Shown here piece by piece: positions 37,960 through 52,661 of a stretch of DNA of 64,000 nucleotides (the first letter of the stretch is position 1; each line of letters opens with the position of its first letter). The translations under genes and the position numbers were made by a program. This stretch comes from Bigelowiella natans CCMP2755 (lineage: Eukaryota > Protista > Cercozoa). The notes under the pieces were generated by a model that saw nothing but the letters and a program-made list of their open reading frames with translations, was not told the DNA's origin and made no database searches. The stretch is from positions 1,508 to 65,507 of the forward strand of contig ADNK01002468.1 in the NCBI GenBank assembly GCA_000320545.1. The letters are read 5' to 3'.

Positions 37960-39231
37960 TTACAGAAATACCCGTGGTGCCGGTTGAGACATATCCATTG
38001 GACTGGATAACTTTTCTTCCAATATTCTGTCATGAGCTTCGACAGATTTACTGTCTCCACTGAGAATAGATTTTCCACCGTGGGATGGTAAGTTCCCGAT
38101 GGATCTTCCAAAAATCAGCGATCCCATTGAACTCCTGAGCGAGATATTATTTTGAACTTTGGCCGTGTCATCCTTGCTTGATTCAGGCATCAACATTTCA
38201 CTGCGGACACAGTCTGCTTGGCTCGAGATAATAAAAGCCCCTTTGGTCCAGATATGAAACATGACCTCTCGTTTCACAATCGGGTTTCTAACGAAGATTA
38301 GGCCGTCGAAGAATCCCAACAATCCCATTGAAATTGTTTGAAGAAGAACCAATATGTGCGGAGATTCCTCAAAAGCTTGCCAGATGCGGTTTAAACTTCC
38401 GAACAGCACTACCAACGCAAGGACCACTGGCTGCGGCCGGAGAGTCAAATATATAGCCAGCGGATTGTTTGCGTTTGACATTTCATCAGAATCGCCCTAA
38501 ACGTGAAAATATGCATGGCGGTTACTATTAAAAGTTTGATGTACAATGAATTGAACATAACCCTTGTCAATACTTTGACGAGTCCGAAGATCCTCGAGTA
38601 AGTCCACAAACAATAGAAGACAGCTGCCCACGCCCACATATAGAAAGAAAGCGCACGCAGAATCCTTACTGAGATCATTGAGTCGCTTGCGTGCACCCAG
38701 CACCACATCCCCGCCCACCCATAGGCGTCCGTAAAGAAAAAAGGTAGAACGGCTGGGAGAAGAGGGAATCCTTGGCACAGTGGAATAAATAATTTCATCA
38801 ACGATTTTCTTTCTCTTGTCGACTGCATTGAAATTGCAGACTGAAGGACTCTATATGTGGCATGTGCACCAGCACAAGTCCAGAGCATGGAACAAAGTCC
38901 AAAATACCCAACTCCGAACGCCTGAGGCAGGCAAAACAACATCTCTCAGGTTAACAATGATACGCCTTCGATTACCCTATATCTTGTTGCGATATAACGC
39001 ACGCATTACCTGGAACTGACAGGCAAATCCGCCCTGCGGAGAGTGTCTTGTCGAATTGCTCATCAAATGAACGATAGCGAGTGCACAGTCATTTAGCGCG
39101 ATGAAACTGAAGATGTTGAATGAAAAGGACTCGCGCAACCGCTTGAGCAGCATGCATAAGACAATCACTCCGAGGGAAGACACAAAACTGATGCTTGCGC
39201 ATATTTTCAATGCCAAAGAGATTGCAGACAT
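37960..39231 (-). CDS. cAMP-receptor-like (CAR/GCR1 family) 7TM GPCR, 3 exons
   Basis: Hydrophobic helices with ASISFVSSLGVI, FIALND, ACQFQ-AFG..YFGLCSMLWT, YGWAGMWCWV and GFFDGLIF, typical of CAR/GCR1-like receptors. Confidence 0.8.
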
Positions 39232-39597
39232 CGAGAAGAATCTCCCTCCTCAGGCCATCGATCCAACGACGCTTAACGCTCAAACTCCACTCCAACTAAA
39301 TGCGGTTACGATGTGTCACTCAGCTCGTGGTGGTATCCGTTTCCGAAGCTAAAAAGTCTTGGGAAATTGCAAATAATCTCCTCCCAAACTCCCAAAAAGC
39401 TACAAAGTGTCCTGCATTTACACCAAAAGAAGATCATTTCTGTGTTTCTCTTGGTGTCTTTATTTTTGAAACGCACCGCGGTGAACAAAATCTTTGTCGT
39501 TGGAGCTGTGCCCCATCGTAGCTAGCCGCCCCCCCGACCACCGAAAACGAGAAGAGAATGATGTCCTAAGTATTCCAACCCAAGCAAAAAAGAAATC

Positions 39598-40627
39598 ATG
39601 GCTCATTCCGACGACGATGCAGCCGTAGCATTCGTGATTATTCTTCTGGTGGGCTTGGGCTTGGGTCTCGGATCCACAGTAACATACGCAGATATTCGAA
39701 AATGCTTCCAGCAGAAAAAGCTAGGACTTATGATTGGAACCTGGCTCCATCTATTGATCCTCCCTATAGTTGCACTTACCTACTCAAAGATTTTTAGTAT
39801 CAAAGGGAACCTCTTCATCGGACTGATCCTAATGGCAAGTGCCCCTGGAGCAGCTCTTTCGAACCTTGTTACATATAAATCTAACGGTGACGTCTCCCTT
39901 AGCATAGTGATGAGTGGGGCGTCCACCTTCCTTTGCTTCGGAGCATTACCACTGCTCGTTTACATCTACTTGGGATTGGTCCAACCAGAAAATGTTAATG
40001 TGAAAATACCGTATAAAAGCATCGCCAACTCGTTGCTGATCCTCATTCTTCCTTGCGGACTCGGCGTCACAATTCGAACCTACCGACCAGAATATGCAAA
40101 AGTCACTGAAAAAGTAGGCTCGTATGTAGGGGTTTTGTTCTTATTGATTTACGTAATATACGAAGGGGCAACCAGCAGATACCTTTTTACTCGCGGCTTC
40201 GGGATATGGTGGTCGTCAATAACACTCCAGCCTGTTGGCACGCTCTTGGGCTCCTTTGTGGCCCATATTCTCTCCTTAGAAGTCAAACAGCAACGAGCAT
40301 TAGCCATCGAGACGGGGACGCTAAGCCCTGCTGTTATCATTACTCTCATCCAGCTCTCCTTTAGTACACAGGATGCAGGTAGTCTTCTAGTCCATTCCTC
40401 TTTGTTTGCACATTGCTGACTTAGTTCTTTCTGTACCTACAGAGGAGATTTCGATACCAAGCGTGCTCTACACTATCTCAATGGTGTGGAACTCCTACCT
40501 GATCATCTTAGTTTACAACGCAATAGATCGGTATTATGGTAAACATACGGATCCGAACAGTATAGAAATTAGTGACAGCAGCAGTCCACCCGAAGAAAAA
40601 GCCAACCAGTTTTACAGGAAACTGTAA
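39598..40627 (+). CDS. bile acid:sodium symporter family (SLC10/BASS) protein, 2 exons
   Basis: GLGLGSTVT, LLILPIVA, GLILMASAPGAALSNLVTYKSNGDVSLSIVMS, RALAIETG; intron ~40379-40442. Confidence 0.88.
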
Positions 40628-41479
40628 AAACGTTGGACTTTCTCTCGTATCTTAAGTTAATAACATTTAATGTTTATTACCTAGTTGATTATTGGAAGCG
40701 GTGCGATGCATCGCCACGCTCGCACAAGCCACATACATCCAACATCGAGCAGGTCGTTGCGCTTGCTTTCGATTAAATTTTGGGCTTGAGGTGTGCTGGA
40801 AAAGCAGACATCTCGCAATATTTTGAGAGTTGGACAAGTATAGATTTTGGCAACACCCCTGCTTCAATCATGATGAGAGCTTTCGCGTTCGTAGTTTTTG
40901 TCTAGAAGCATCTAATAAGAAGTCCTGACTAGGCAGCAAAACCAATCCGCTAGGGGCGCTTAGATATTACGTGCGCGCTCGCCCGGCGGCGGCTTCGATC
41001 CCAAGCTAATTTCGACTAGGTGTACAGAAGTTCATTTCACACACACGGTGTCGATACGATCGCGGACGCGCTATCATCGTCATTAAGGCTCGCATGCAAT
41101 GCAAGCTAGGCTGCAACATGCTAGCATGCCCATCATCAGCGCACACACGATGTAGCTGCATGCTACGAATGAATGCATCCTGATACGTTGCCAATGCAGG
41201 CTGTGGCGCCCGCTTAAATGGCATAGCTCAAAATGTCTAGATGTGCACTGGTGCGCATGCGCACCCATTGCGACATCACATGTGTGTTAAACAATGGACT
41301 CATGTGCACCCAGTCGAAATTAGCTCATCAGGATCGAAGCCGCCGCCGGGCGATCGCGCACGTGCATGATGTCCAAGCGCGCCTAGCGCGGATACGATTG
41401 GTTCATCACAAAAGACATGGATCATCTCGTAGCCCAGATGCAAATTCAACGTTTAATGTGCCGCATCTGAACACCATGC

Positions 41480-41758
41480 AGCTCAGATTGCGAAACCAAT
41501 TGAACTAGTGAATGCCATTGTGAATCGAAACAATGCAGACGAAACGACTGCCTGAAGCTAGCTGAAAAAGAGGCACGGACTGCTGCGCGCACCGCACGAC
41601 ATCGATGACAGGATGCAGATGCTTTCGAATGCATGAAACATAAACACACAACAGACGAGACAAATAGACATAACCTAAGCGCCGTAGCCGCTGCTTTGCA
41701 TGGCGGCTACATTAGGATGACTATTGAAAAGGTTTGGTCATTTCATTGCATCCGTCTC
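41480..41758 (+). repeat. second copy of the element's right ~280 bp including the TIR
   Basis: Aligns by eye with 37640-37927 (GCTCAGAT..GAAACCAATTGAA, GACGAAAC, GCACGGAC, GATGCTTT.GAATGCATGAAACA, TAGCCGCTGCTTTGCA, TACATTAGGATGA, CATTGCATCCGTCTCAC). Confidence 0.8.
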
Positions 41759-42033
41759 ACACATGCACACGCTAGCCGTGCATCCCCATCACAGCGTTTT
41801 GTGCGAGCACAAATTAATAGATGCATGGGTAAAAATGCTTAATAATTTTATGCGTGACGAATGAAATTATGGAGAATAAGTATTCATCTTAGATTAGCTT
41901 TATATCATTTTTCGTGATTTTGGGCTGTGTGTTGCAGGAGGGGCTATGTCATTTTCTACTTGCGTTTCCGATGTCTTATTCAGAGCCCTATGTGTTGCCT
42001 CAAGCTGCAAAGTGAAGTAAGGAGGAAGAATGT

Positions 42034-43213
42034 TTAAGTAGGACCATTCAGGCAATCTAGGGGGAAAGTGGAGTTCGTACAGATATTCAATATATACATA
42101 AAGCAGACCTGAACAAGAAATGATTGGAACAGCTGTTTGCAGACGATTAGGTTTCCACAGAAGATGGAATGCGTTTTCAACTTCTTCTTCTTCTTCTTGC
42201 GTTGTTGCTGTGACTTGCCGCGCAAGTTGCTCGTGAGAGGCTTGATCGCAATGACAAGACGTAGTGCCTCGATTGAGAGATCAATTCTCTCCACCCACCG
42301 CAATTCTACGTTCTGTTCCACCACATACGTCCTAAGTACCAAAAGGGAGGAGGAGGAGGAGAGGAAGTGAGAGCATGCGAATACGGTATGGAAGAGGGTA
42401 GTAGGGAGAGTTAGTCTTACTTATCAGAACGAAAGGAGCCATAGACTCGATCCACCCCTTCCTTCGTCTCTCGCAAGCACACGAGTCTCTCTGATGTCAG
42501 CACCAGAACCTAAATAAAAGGCCCAGAAGGGGGAGTTAGGGGCGAGCGGAGGGTGGCAGGTTTCAGGCTAATCGTAGATGGGCATTTGTATGGCCTCCTC
42601 AAAGATGGACGCAACAACGCTTTTTACCTTTGTCATTTGGATGGGCTTTCCAAAGAAGTTTCTCTGTAGCACGCTGAGCCGCCAGTGCTTAACGTACTTC
42701 TCGAGATGTGCCTGGAGGGTACGATGGGTGGGAGGAAAGAGGAGGAGGATGAGGAGGAGGAGGGTAATGTTCACTAGAACAGATACAGCTCTATACACCA
42801 CAAGAGAGGTAGCAAACGTGCATTCTCACTATCTTCACCCACCGTGTGGTGAGGGGAGCTTCGGGAAAACGAGGCTGCAAAGCTTTGAGCCGCTCCTCCC
42901 TCGTTGCCTCTTCCTCCGAGAAGGAATTTGTCTAGGAAGTTCTCCTTCGCCTTTGCGGCCCGCCGCGTCTCAAGATCCTTATCATGCAGGACGTTTACCC
43001 AGTAGTTGCGTTCTGTTGCATGTCGCCGCTCCCGCACCCGTCGTCCGAATTCCTTCGGCGGTCTTACTCGCGAGAGCTTTGTTTCCCTATGTACGGCGTT
43101 TGTGTTAGATGGCGTGCGCTTCCACGCGCGGCAATTTATTGACGATTCTTTTTCCATTTGAAGTCAGAGAGAGGGGGAGAAAGAGAGAGGGCGGGAGCAG
43201 CTTGACTCGCGTG

Positions 43214-43266
<53 letters not shown>

Positions 43267-43703
43267 TGCCATTCTCTACTACGCACGATTCCGCTTCTCT
43301 GCGGCGCATACGTGTAAAGGTAAGTCGACTGTTACGATTCAATCATGTGTTCGTCGTTCAAATGGGGTATTTTGTTGAAATAAATAGTGTGTGAATATAT
43401 AATCCTCACTTGCGCCCCCATCGATGCACCAGTTTCCCGGCTTTCTTGGAGGACTGGCGGAAGCCTTGAGTTGTCTGCGACACCATGCCGAATGCACCTG
43501 CCACAGGCTTCACCACCACACCCGCAAGGCCTGACGAAAATCGGTCAAGTGATGGCATTGTCGTAGCTATGTGACGATATTGTGATGTTGATGAGGGGCT
43601 AGAGGCGATATCAGCTGTAAGGAGAGGATACAGTGCGAAGTTGAAAGGCGACAGAGAACGGTGAAGATACCACCGAAAACTCATTCCTTCTTCCCCCCTC
43701 CAG

Positions 43704-43740
<37 letters not shown>

Positions 43741-44151
43741 CATGTTCTTTTATTTCTCTTTTGCATGAGGAGGCGCACCTTTCCCCGCGCCCTTGAAGAA
43801 TCCAACGACGCCTCCCTTCATAGCGCCTGTGTGATAATTACCGCAACTTTATTGAATGTAAATTTACACAGAGCAGTAGCAGTAGCAGTAGCAGTAGCAG
43901 TAGCAGTAGCAGTAGCAGCAGCGGAATCGGTCTACGCAATCCTCTCTCTTCTCCTCTTTGCAAACCTTGAATAGGCGCTCGTACAATGCCTGTAACTCCA
44001 TCTACAATGCCCAAACCGAGCTCTTGGAAGCCCTATACAAACAAACGATACATACCATGGACGACAATCACCACCCAATGCGTTGGTTGCCGCATATGTA
44101 ACTAGCTACCCCCCCGCCCCCCCCCCCCTTCCCCCTTTCTCCCTATCTTTG

Positions 44152-44187
<36 letters not shown>

Positions 44188-44500
44188 ATACACACATACA
44201 CACATACACACAGATACGCGTGCGCACAATCAATAATTCATACCTTGAAGATGCCATCCGCGATGTTTGTGGCCTTGCCGACGTTTTGCTTCCGCCTCAA
44301 GTAGACTGGGTCAAACGACAGCTGCGCAATAGCATTTCCAACCGTGCCGGTGATTTTGGATGCTGTGTTTGTTACACCTCCAAGCGATGAGGTCACAAGC
44401 GACGCTGCTCCTTTGGCCAGGCCCTGATATTCAAATACCAACGAAAAAGAGCAGCGACAATGAGGAGAGGCCTAGAGGCGGACGGGTGGGAAATCGACGG

Positions 44501-44542
<42 letters not shown>

Positions 44543-46854
44543 CGCTGCTTTGTGCATCGATAATCGGGAGCCGAGGCACACACGAACACACGCACACACG
44601 CAAAATACACGCAAAACGGGAGAAAGGGCGGCCTCTTCCATCCACCACCCTCTACCAAAGCTCACCTTGCCGAACTCTTTCGGATTCTTCTGTATTCCCT
44701 AAAGGGGTAAATGAACGTGAAAAGCAAAAGAAAATGAGCGAAGATGAGGACGGCGATTTCAGATGGCAATAGTGCCTACGACGATGACGACGATAGAGCT
44801 TCGACAATGCGCAGCCAACAAGTGCGACTATCTGCAAACCAGATATGACGTCGAAACGCACCAGGAGAGGGTCCGCTACGAAGTCGTAGAGGCCTTGGCC
44901 AAGGGATGAAAACAGCCCAAAAGGGTTACCGAGGGCGTCCATGGACCCCACGATCTTTTGAGGAAGAGAGAAGGGAGAGGGAGGGAGGGAGGGAGGGAGG
45001 GAGGGAGAGGAGGTAGATTATGGTGTGATTATGGTAATGCTAATAATGAATTCTACTTCCAAATTCAGGCGCGCACACTGACCAAACCTTATAAAACTCG
45101 AAGATGAACTGTCTCGAGTAGTGAAGTAGCACGATTCGTGTGAGCTAGAGGATAGGAGCGACGGGATGGGAGGGAGAAGAAAATTATTAGGGAGGGAGAG
45201 AAAGGTAGATAAATAATAGAGAGAGAGAGAAAGAGCGAGCGAGCGAGAGAGAGGGGGAGAGAGAGAGAGGGAACTGAACGACCGAGAGGTGGAGGAAAAA
45301 TAATGGGGGGACTTGCATAGAATCATGCAGCATCATTCGTATTTTTTCACCTGATCGATGTCCTGGAATACATGTTGCATTGTCAGTCCGTTCAGGTCGA
45401 GCGGTGCCTCGTCCACGCCCTTCGTTGCATCGCACGAGCAAGACGCGATGGAAAAACCATAAGGAGAGGGTTAGAGGATAGAATCACACACACACACACA
45501 CACACGCACATGTGCACATGCTCATACATTGTCACACACAAACACACAATATCATAGTTAAGGCCAATACCGGGAGGCCCAAAGTTTGGGCGCGATAAAG
45601 AGTGACGGCGGGGTGGTCGCTCACCATTGCGCTTGCAGGCGCCGTGGTGATATTCATCTCAACCTAGGGTACACCGACAAACAACGACGGAGACATAAAT
45701 CTCGGAATAAAAGAGGCATCATGTGCATAGCACCACGCTTCTACAAATATCATCGGTGTCTATTTGGAGTGCAGCCATCATCAACCGTTGTTGTAGCACC
45801 AGCAGCTGTCGTCGTTACCTTGTGAAGGGAGAGATAAGCGAGGTATATCTGTGTCGCCAGGCCTCCACGGTATGCGACCTTACGTTCCAGGCTTCCCGCC
45901 TCCAGCGATAGCGGGTCGACAACCTTTATATGCGCAAGAAGAGGGTGGGGGGGGGGGGGGAGGTAGTGTTTGTGTGTTCTTCGATGTGTAGAGACCACGG
46001 TGATCTGATCTCCTATTCTCTACTCTACTTAAGTACCTGAACCAGCCAATCTTGGGTGAGGCCCTCTTCGTCCTCCTCCTCATCGTCATTTTTCTCCTCG
46101 TTTTCTCCTTGGGAGTCGTTCGCACCCTTCCCTTCCACCTCACCATCCTCTATTTCTCCGTCGTCGTTGTTGAAGGGTTGCGCTCTTCCCTCTAGCTCTG
46201 CACTCCTCCTCATCCTCCTCCTCCTCCTTCTTTTCCTCTTCTTGTCTTTGCAGCTCTTATCCCCGTCAATGATGAGATTTAGAGAGCTACCGAGTCGGGT
46301 CAGATCCGAGGCGTGAAGCCATGCAAATAACCGCGCCAGTAAGTACTCGTCCAGCTGCAGCAAAAAGCGTGCGAACTTGATGTCGCAGTAGTCCAGAATC
46401 ATTAGGTTTCGTGCCGATGCGGACCGGGTCGCTGTGATCATGAAATTCGGTCGTTTCTCCTCCTTGTTTTCGTCCTGCAACGCCGCGCATTTGGGGGGGG
46501 GGGGGAGCGGAGGGGGCAAGAGCGAGCGCGGAGAGGGGGAAAGAGAGAATCACGGAAGTCGGAACGGCGAACACAGGCACCGAGGGTAGGACTCATGTTG
46601 CGTCACTGCTACATGCATAAACGCTGTCCCCTAGTGCGACAGGGTTATGACGTAGAGATTGTCTTTCTTGCAGGAATAATGTACTTACACCGTTCGTGTT
46701 TTCGTTAGTTCATGGAAATCTCACGAGTTGTATGGTCGCATAATTTGTGTGTGATGTGATGATATCTCCTGCTATTATTATTCCTCACTGGATGATCCAT
46801 CTCCGATATCAACACGACAGGATGGGCGCCCTACAATTATAGCATAACACACAT

Positions 46855-46887
<33 letters not shown>

Positions 46888-47815
46888 ATATGTATATATA
46901 TATATATATAATATGTATAAATATATTATAAATGGAAAGAACAGAGAGAGAGTGAGAGATGCCGATTGAGATGTTTAATTCAACACATAAGCACAAACCA
47001 GAGCCTCCACTTCCTGCCCCCTCCTCCCATATCCCTCAGCTACTACTACTACTACTGCAACTACTACTACTACTACTACTAACACACACATGGGCTAGAT
47101 TATTGTCGATTTGGACGTGCTTGACAGAGAGGGAGAGGTGCTGCGAGTTGTCCGTCTCTGCAACCTCCCCGACCATCACCGAGATGCCACCAAGGTAAAT
47201 GAACATCAGCTCCTCCCGCTTCTTTAGCGTCCTACGCCTTCGCAGCTGTCTCCGACCTAGTACATCCTGCTGATGCAAGCGCCATCGCCTTCGCCTTCGC
47301 TGTTGCTCTTCCTCCCCCTCCGCCTCCTCCTCCTCCTCCTGTTTATCGCAAGATATCTGCCCTTCCCCGTCCAGCTTTCGCTCTCGCACGGTTCGTTCTA
47401 CGACTTCTTCCCGGTCGTTTCCTTTGCTCTCTCGATCATGAGAACGAGCCGGAGGAACCGGAGGAAGGGCCGAGGGCAGCACCGCCACCACCTCCTTCGC
47501 GCCGCCTTTGTCCTCTCTGTTTTCCCTTGCGGGTGCGGACTGAAGATTCGACGGGGGGATGGCGGAGGTCGGCGGAGAGCCGCTAGGCACAACAGCAGGT
47601 CCAGCAGCGTCGTCGCTTGATGCTGGAGCTCCTCGTATCGTTCTTGAAGATTGCGTGGGGAGTGAAAGACTAGCACTCGACCTGAGCCGTAGATCTTCTG
47701 GCGATAGCAAGGAGGAGGAGAGAGGAGGAGGAGAGAGGAGGTTAGAAATCGGACCGAGGAGGGGAGAACGACATAAAAGAGAGGAAGAGGAAGAGAAACA
47801 GAGCGAGCGAGGCCG

Positions 47816-47883
<68 letters not shown>

Positions 47884-49676
47884 GGATGACAAACGAACTC
47901 CTTACACTTTCATGATGCCAGCAGCACAACAAAAGTCAGCTGCCCTCGCTCGCACGCATGTCCCTTTCCACTGTACCCTACCTACCGTAGATATAGTCCT
48001 CCTCCCGGCGCCGGCGCACGGTGGCCTTGTGCTTATTGTCAATAATACTGACACCGAGGCCTCCAAGCTTGACTGACACCGACAGGTGCCTCACCCCATC
48101 CCCGTAGAGCATGCTCTTCAACCCAAGAGATCTGTTTGTGGACAGGGACTTCTGCGCCATAATCGACGACGATGCTGCCCGCTTATTATGCTTCTTCTTC
48201 TTCTTCGATGAGGCAGCTGCCGCCGTCGCCTGTTGGGATACGAGCTCTATGCGCAGCACGCGCGTCGGCCCGGAGGCGTAGACCTCGGGGAGGAACTGCA
48301 CGGCGTACGAGTCATAGGCCCACCGCAGCTTAGCTTTGCCGTCGTTCTGCCACCGCTGCCTCTCCTCCTCCTCCTCCTCCCTTTCGCGAGCCTCCTCCTC
48401 CTCCTCATAGTCCGTGAAGCCGCCCCCACCCCCAATTCTCCTCGTCCTTCTACTCCTCCGTCCTTCAGTGATAGTGGCGGGAGGCTCGACTCGGTCAAAG
48501 GTCTGGAGGTTGTAGCGCCACACGGTGTGCGACTGGTGCATCATGAGCGGCCCTGCGCTGGTGCTGGCTGCCTGGGAAGCGGCCATAGAGTAGTCACTGT
48601 TGCTATCACGCTTTTGGCGTCCCCGGTCCTGCCGCCGACGGAAGAGCTTGCCAAAGAACCCACGCCGACGCGTTTTGGTAGTCCCATCAGTTGAAGCTCT
48701 CTGTATAGATTCCAATGGCCGCTCGCTGTAGTTTCGGGAGGAAGTTGGGCTTCGAGACGAGCGCGAGGAGCGACTTTTACCGGCTGCCGTTGCCGATGGG
48801 GCGCGGCCATGACGTCGCCCTCCACCCTGCGACGAGTAGTGGGAGAGTTTCGTTTCACGGCCTTCCTCGAGAGCCATCTCCGTGTTCAGGGCGGTCTCTC
48901 GGAGTGCCATCAGCCAATGGTTGCGCTCTTGCATAGAGCCCATCTCCAGGAGGAGGGAGGGAACGAAGCCGTAGTTCGGGCAGCTCTTGCCGAACACCTA
49001 GAAGAATATATTAGAGAAACGAGAAAGGATGAGGCGCTGATAATTCGAGAAGGAACACGAGTTCCTTCCCACCTGATGACCACTTGTCGTCATCATCGTC
49101 ATCGTCGTCGTCAACATCACCAACAACACCTCTTACCTGCTGCTGCATTTCCATCGCCCTTTCACACAACTCGACCCGAATCAGCCACCGGTGCTGCTTC
49201 CCTCCCCTCCCCCTCCCCGTGAGGAGCAGCGGGGAAATCCGCGCACCCGCGAGGGAGAGCGCGATGACGTTCGCGCCGGTCTTGGTGAACACATCGCTCG
49301 GACGGATGGCAAGCATCCTTCGGTGCTCCTCATTGATCATGCGGTCAAATCGCCGGTCGATGTCGTTGTTGCCGATTTCACTGGCGTGTCCACTACTGTT
49401 GGTGTTGGAACGACTACCGAACAGCGTCGCGCGCGATGCCAGGGATTTCGATTCGGGTGACGGTTTCCCCCCCTTGTTCCCGGTTTTGATGGCCTTCTCC
49501 TCGTCCTTTTCATTCTTCTTACACTCGTCACCATCTCTGGGAACTTTCTCGTCGCAGTCATCACCTACGTTTCTCTTGCCGCTGCGATCGGATTGATGTT
49601 GCTTCTTCCCCTCCCCGTTGCTGCTCTTCACGTTCTCCTTATTGTCGTGGGAATATCCACCATCGTCATCACCACT

Positions 49677-49709
<33 letters not shown>

Positions 49710-51053
49710 GTCGAAGAGGCTCTTAGGCCGCGGATCGAGTTTGTGGAGGCAGAAGATGTGCTGGAAGAGCGTGGCACGCACTTCGTAAGTCTTGTTTGCG
49801 TCATGCGAAGAGGGTTGACACAAGGTCAGGTGACCCAGCTTCCAAGGCATATTGTACCGACGCACACGCCGCATCATCAACGTCTCGTGCGAGATGAAAC
49901 CGCTCACATTCGAGGTAGTCGTGCTGCTGCTACTACTGCTAATGGGGGGGTTGCTCCTCCTTGATCTCGTTCTCTTATTCCTTCTCCCTCTCCCCCCCCC
50001 GTCCTGGTCTGCTTCGGAGGGGGAGGCCCTAGAATTTCCCTTGTTATCACCATCGTCTTCACAGTTCTCTCCCCCCCCCTCGTCTTTCCCTGCGCAGCTG
50101 TGGTCGATGTCGCGATCAGCTATCCTAGCTTTCACATCCGCATTGGTTTTCCCGTCGCTATCGCCACCAGTGTCGCCATCATCGTCTTCCTCCTCCTGCT
50201 CCTCCTCCTCCTCCTCATCGTCGTCGTCGTCGTCGTCGTAATCACAACCGAGTTCATGCCAGGGGCTGGCACGAACGTAGTGACCGCGCGATTCGACAAC
50301 CCGAGCGGTTGCGACGGCGAGGGCCTCCCCGCCATGCCCATCCCCACCACCTGCTCCTCGTCCCTTCCCCCCCCGACCCTCCTCTTCCACAGGGACTGCG
50401 AGCGGAGTGAGCTCTTCTGGCACCAGGTTCCGAGCGTCCTGAAGGCACCGGAACGGGATGGCGACGGTCGCAGGCTTGTACTTACTAATCACCTCCAGTT
50501 GGAAGGACCGAATTTCCTGCCCGCCCGTTAAGAGCGTCACCACGCGCGCCTTGGTCGGCATGTCCCACGCATAGTCCGTGCTTGCAAATGGTGGAACCAG
50601 CTCTGCGAGCTCCGGAAGGCCCTTCTGATGGAAGCTGAGAGGAAATGGCGTGCAGTTCTCGATCCGGAATGGCGCCTCACCCGTAGAAGTGGAGGAGATT
50701 GTGGCGGCCGCATCAGCGCCCGGAGAAGGCATGGTAGGCAGGGGCTGCTGCGATGGAGCAGAAATCGCCTTGTCGTTGTGATTGGTATTATTGCCTATCC
50801 CGTGGCTGTTCACAACGGCTGCCTGCCTTGCGGCCTCCTCGTCCGGATGGAGGAGGTACAACGGGACCATCAGCGGCGCCGTCGTAGCAGGCGCTGTGTG
50901 TTGGTCCGAGAACGTGATCACGATGTTCGCCTCCCATGCTACTACGGAGATCTGACGACGGTAAAAATTCAAGGTATTACTCCCAAATAAGATTCGCAGC
51001 ATTTGCTGGGATATTGCGTGCATCGCCGTTATTCATCTCGAAGCCATCTCAAC

Positions 51054-51087
<34 letters not shown>

Positions 51088-52626
51088 GTCGTCGTCGTCG
51101 TCTTATCATCGTCTCCATCGTTTTCCCTCTTTTGTTATCACCTAGCTTCAATGTATCAGGTCGGACGGCGTACGTACAACAACTTACTTGCATGATGCGG
51201 CGTGTCTTTTCGCCGTCTTTGGTCCTGCCACGAACCATGAGCGATTGCTTCCCCATCATCGATACGTCGATAGCACGCGACCATTCCCACTTATACCCAT
51301 ATCTGCAAGCCACATCGAAATTATGACAACTATACTAGTAAACACATACATACACGTACAAAAAACACACATGCCACAATATACTTACTCATGAGCGAAT
51401 TTATTACCCATCAGAAGGCCGCACGTTGATGAGCCGCTTTTTCCTGAAATCCGTCCACTGAAATGCAACACGGGTGGCGGAGGGGGTGGGCAACGAGCTC
51501 GATAGTGTTGGGGTTTCATTTCGACGAGATGAGGATGGAGATTGTGACGGCGAGAGGTCGCCTTTGTGCCCTCCTCCCTGCTGCTTCAGGCTCCCCATCA
51601 TCGTACTGCGCCATGAGGGGGGGACGAAGGTCTCCCGGTGAGTACAGCCATCCTGCCGCACTGTCAGCTTGTGCATTTGCATGTTGATGAGGATGATACG
51701 TGGCGTGAGGGTTACGAGCCACGTCCGAGAGAAAGGCCTATCGAAGGTACCGTACATAAAACATAACAATCAACGAGAAGGTATTCGTATTTTGCTAGTG
51801 CGGAACGGATCGTGTCGCATCGTAATCAAGTGAGAAATGCTAAGTCACATACAACACATAGACGCGCACACATCCATCCCCCCCCCCCCCCCCCCCCCTC
51901 CCCGTCCACACACACACCCCGGCGCCTTGGTCATATGGAAACCGAGGAGGTATCCAGGCTTATCCTTCCGAACGACTTTGCTGATGTTCTGAGATCGCTC
52001 CGTGCGGATCACCTGCAGCTCATTGGACTTCACTGCTTTGCCTGCGAAAAGAAAAGGGAGAGAGAAAAGGCACATTTACTTTACAGCAACGCTAATAATA
52101 ACAGTAATTTATCATCATCACCACCACCGCCACCACCACACCACCACCGAAGAGACGCTCTCGTCGTCCCATCCTATGCTCCCCCCTCCCCCGCTAAAGC
52201 CAGGGATTGTCGCCATACATGGGATGTACAGCTGCTGCGGCGGATCGCCAGCTCGCAGCTCAACAAGTTTGGAGAATTTGCTCGCCGAGTCTGGCCGCAG
52301 CACGGTCACTTTCAGCTTGTGTACGCTCCGCTTTTGGTAAGATAGAATGAGCGCGGAATCGGGCAGATCGGCCATGGATAGCACGTTCGTCTGGTGCTGA
52401 TTCAAGCTCGAGGAGGAAGAGGAGGAGGAAGTGAAGGATGATCGCCTCGCCGCCTTCCTTGCCCTGCCTATGTTTGCCTCCCTACAAAACGGCACGATAT
52501 AGCCCGAGAATTGCGTATTCGGCTGATACGCCCTCGCCTCCACCGCCATCTTAACCGGGTCATCCTGCGTGGAGGACGAGCTTTCTTGCTCACCACTCCT
52601 TATCTTATCGTTTTCTTCATGGTGTC

Positions 52627-52661
<35 letters not shown>

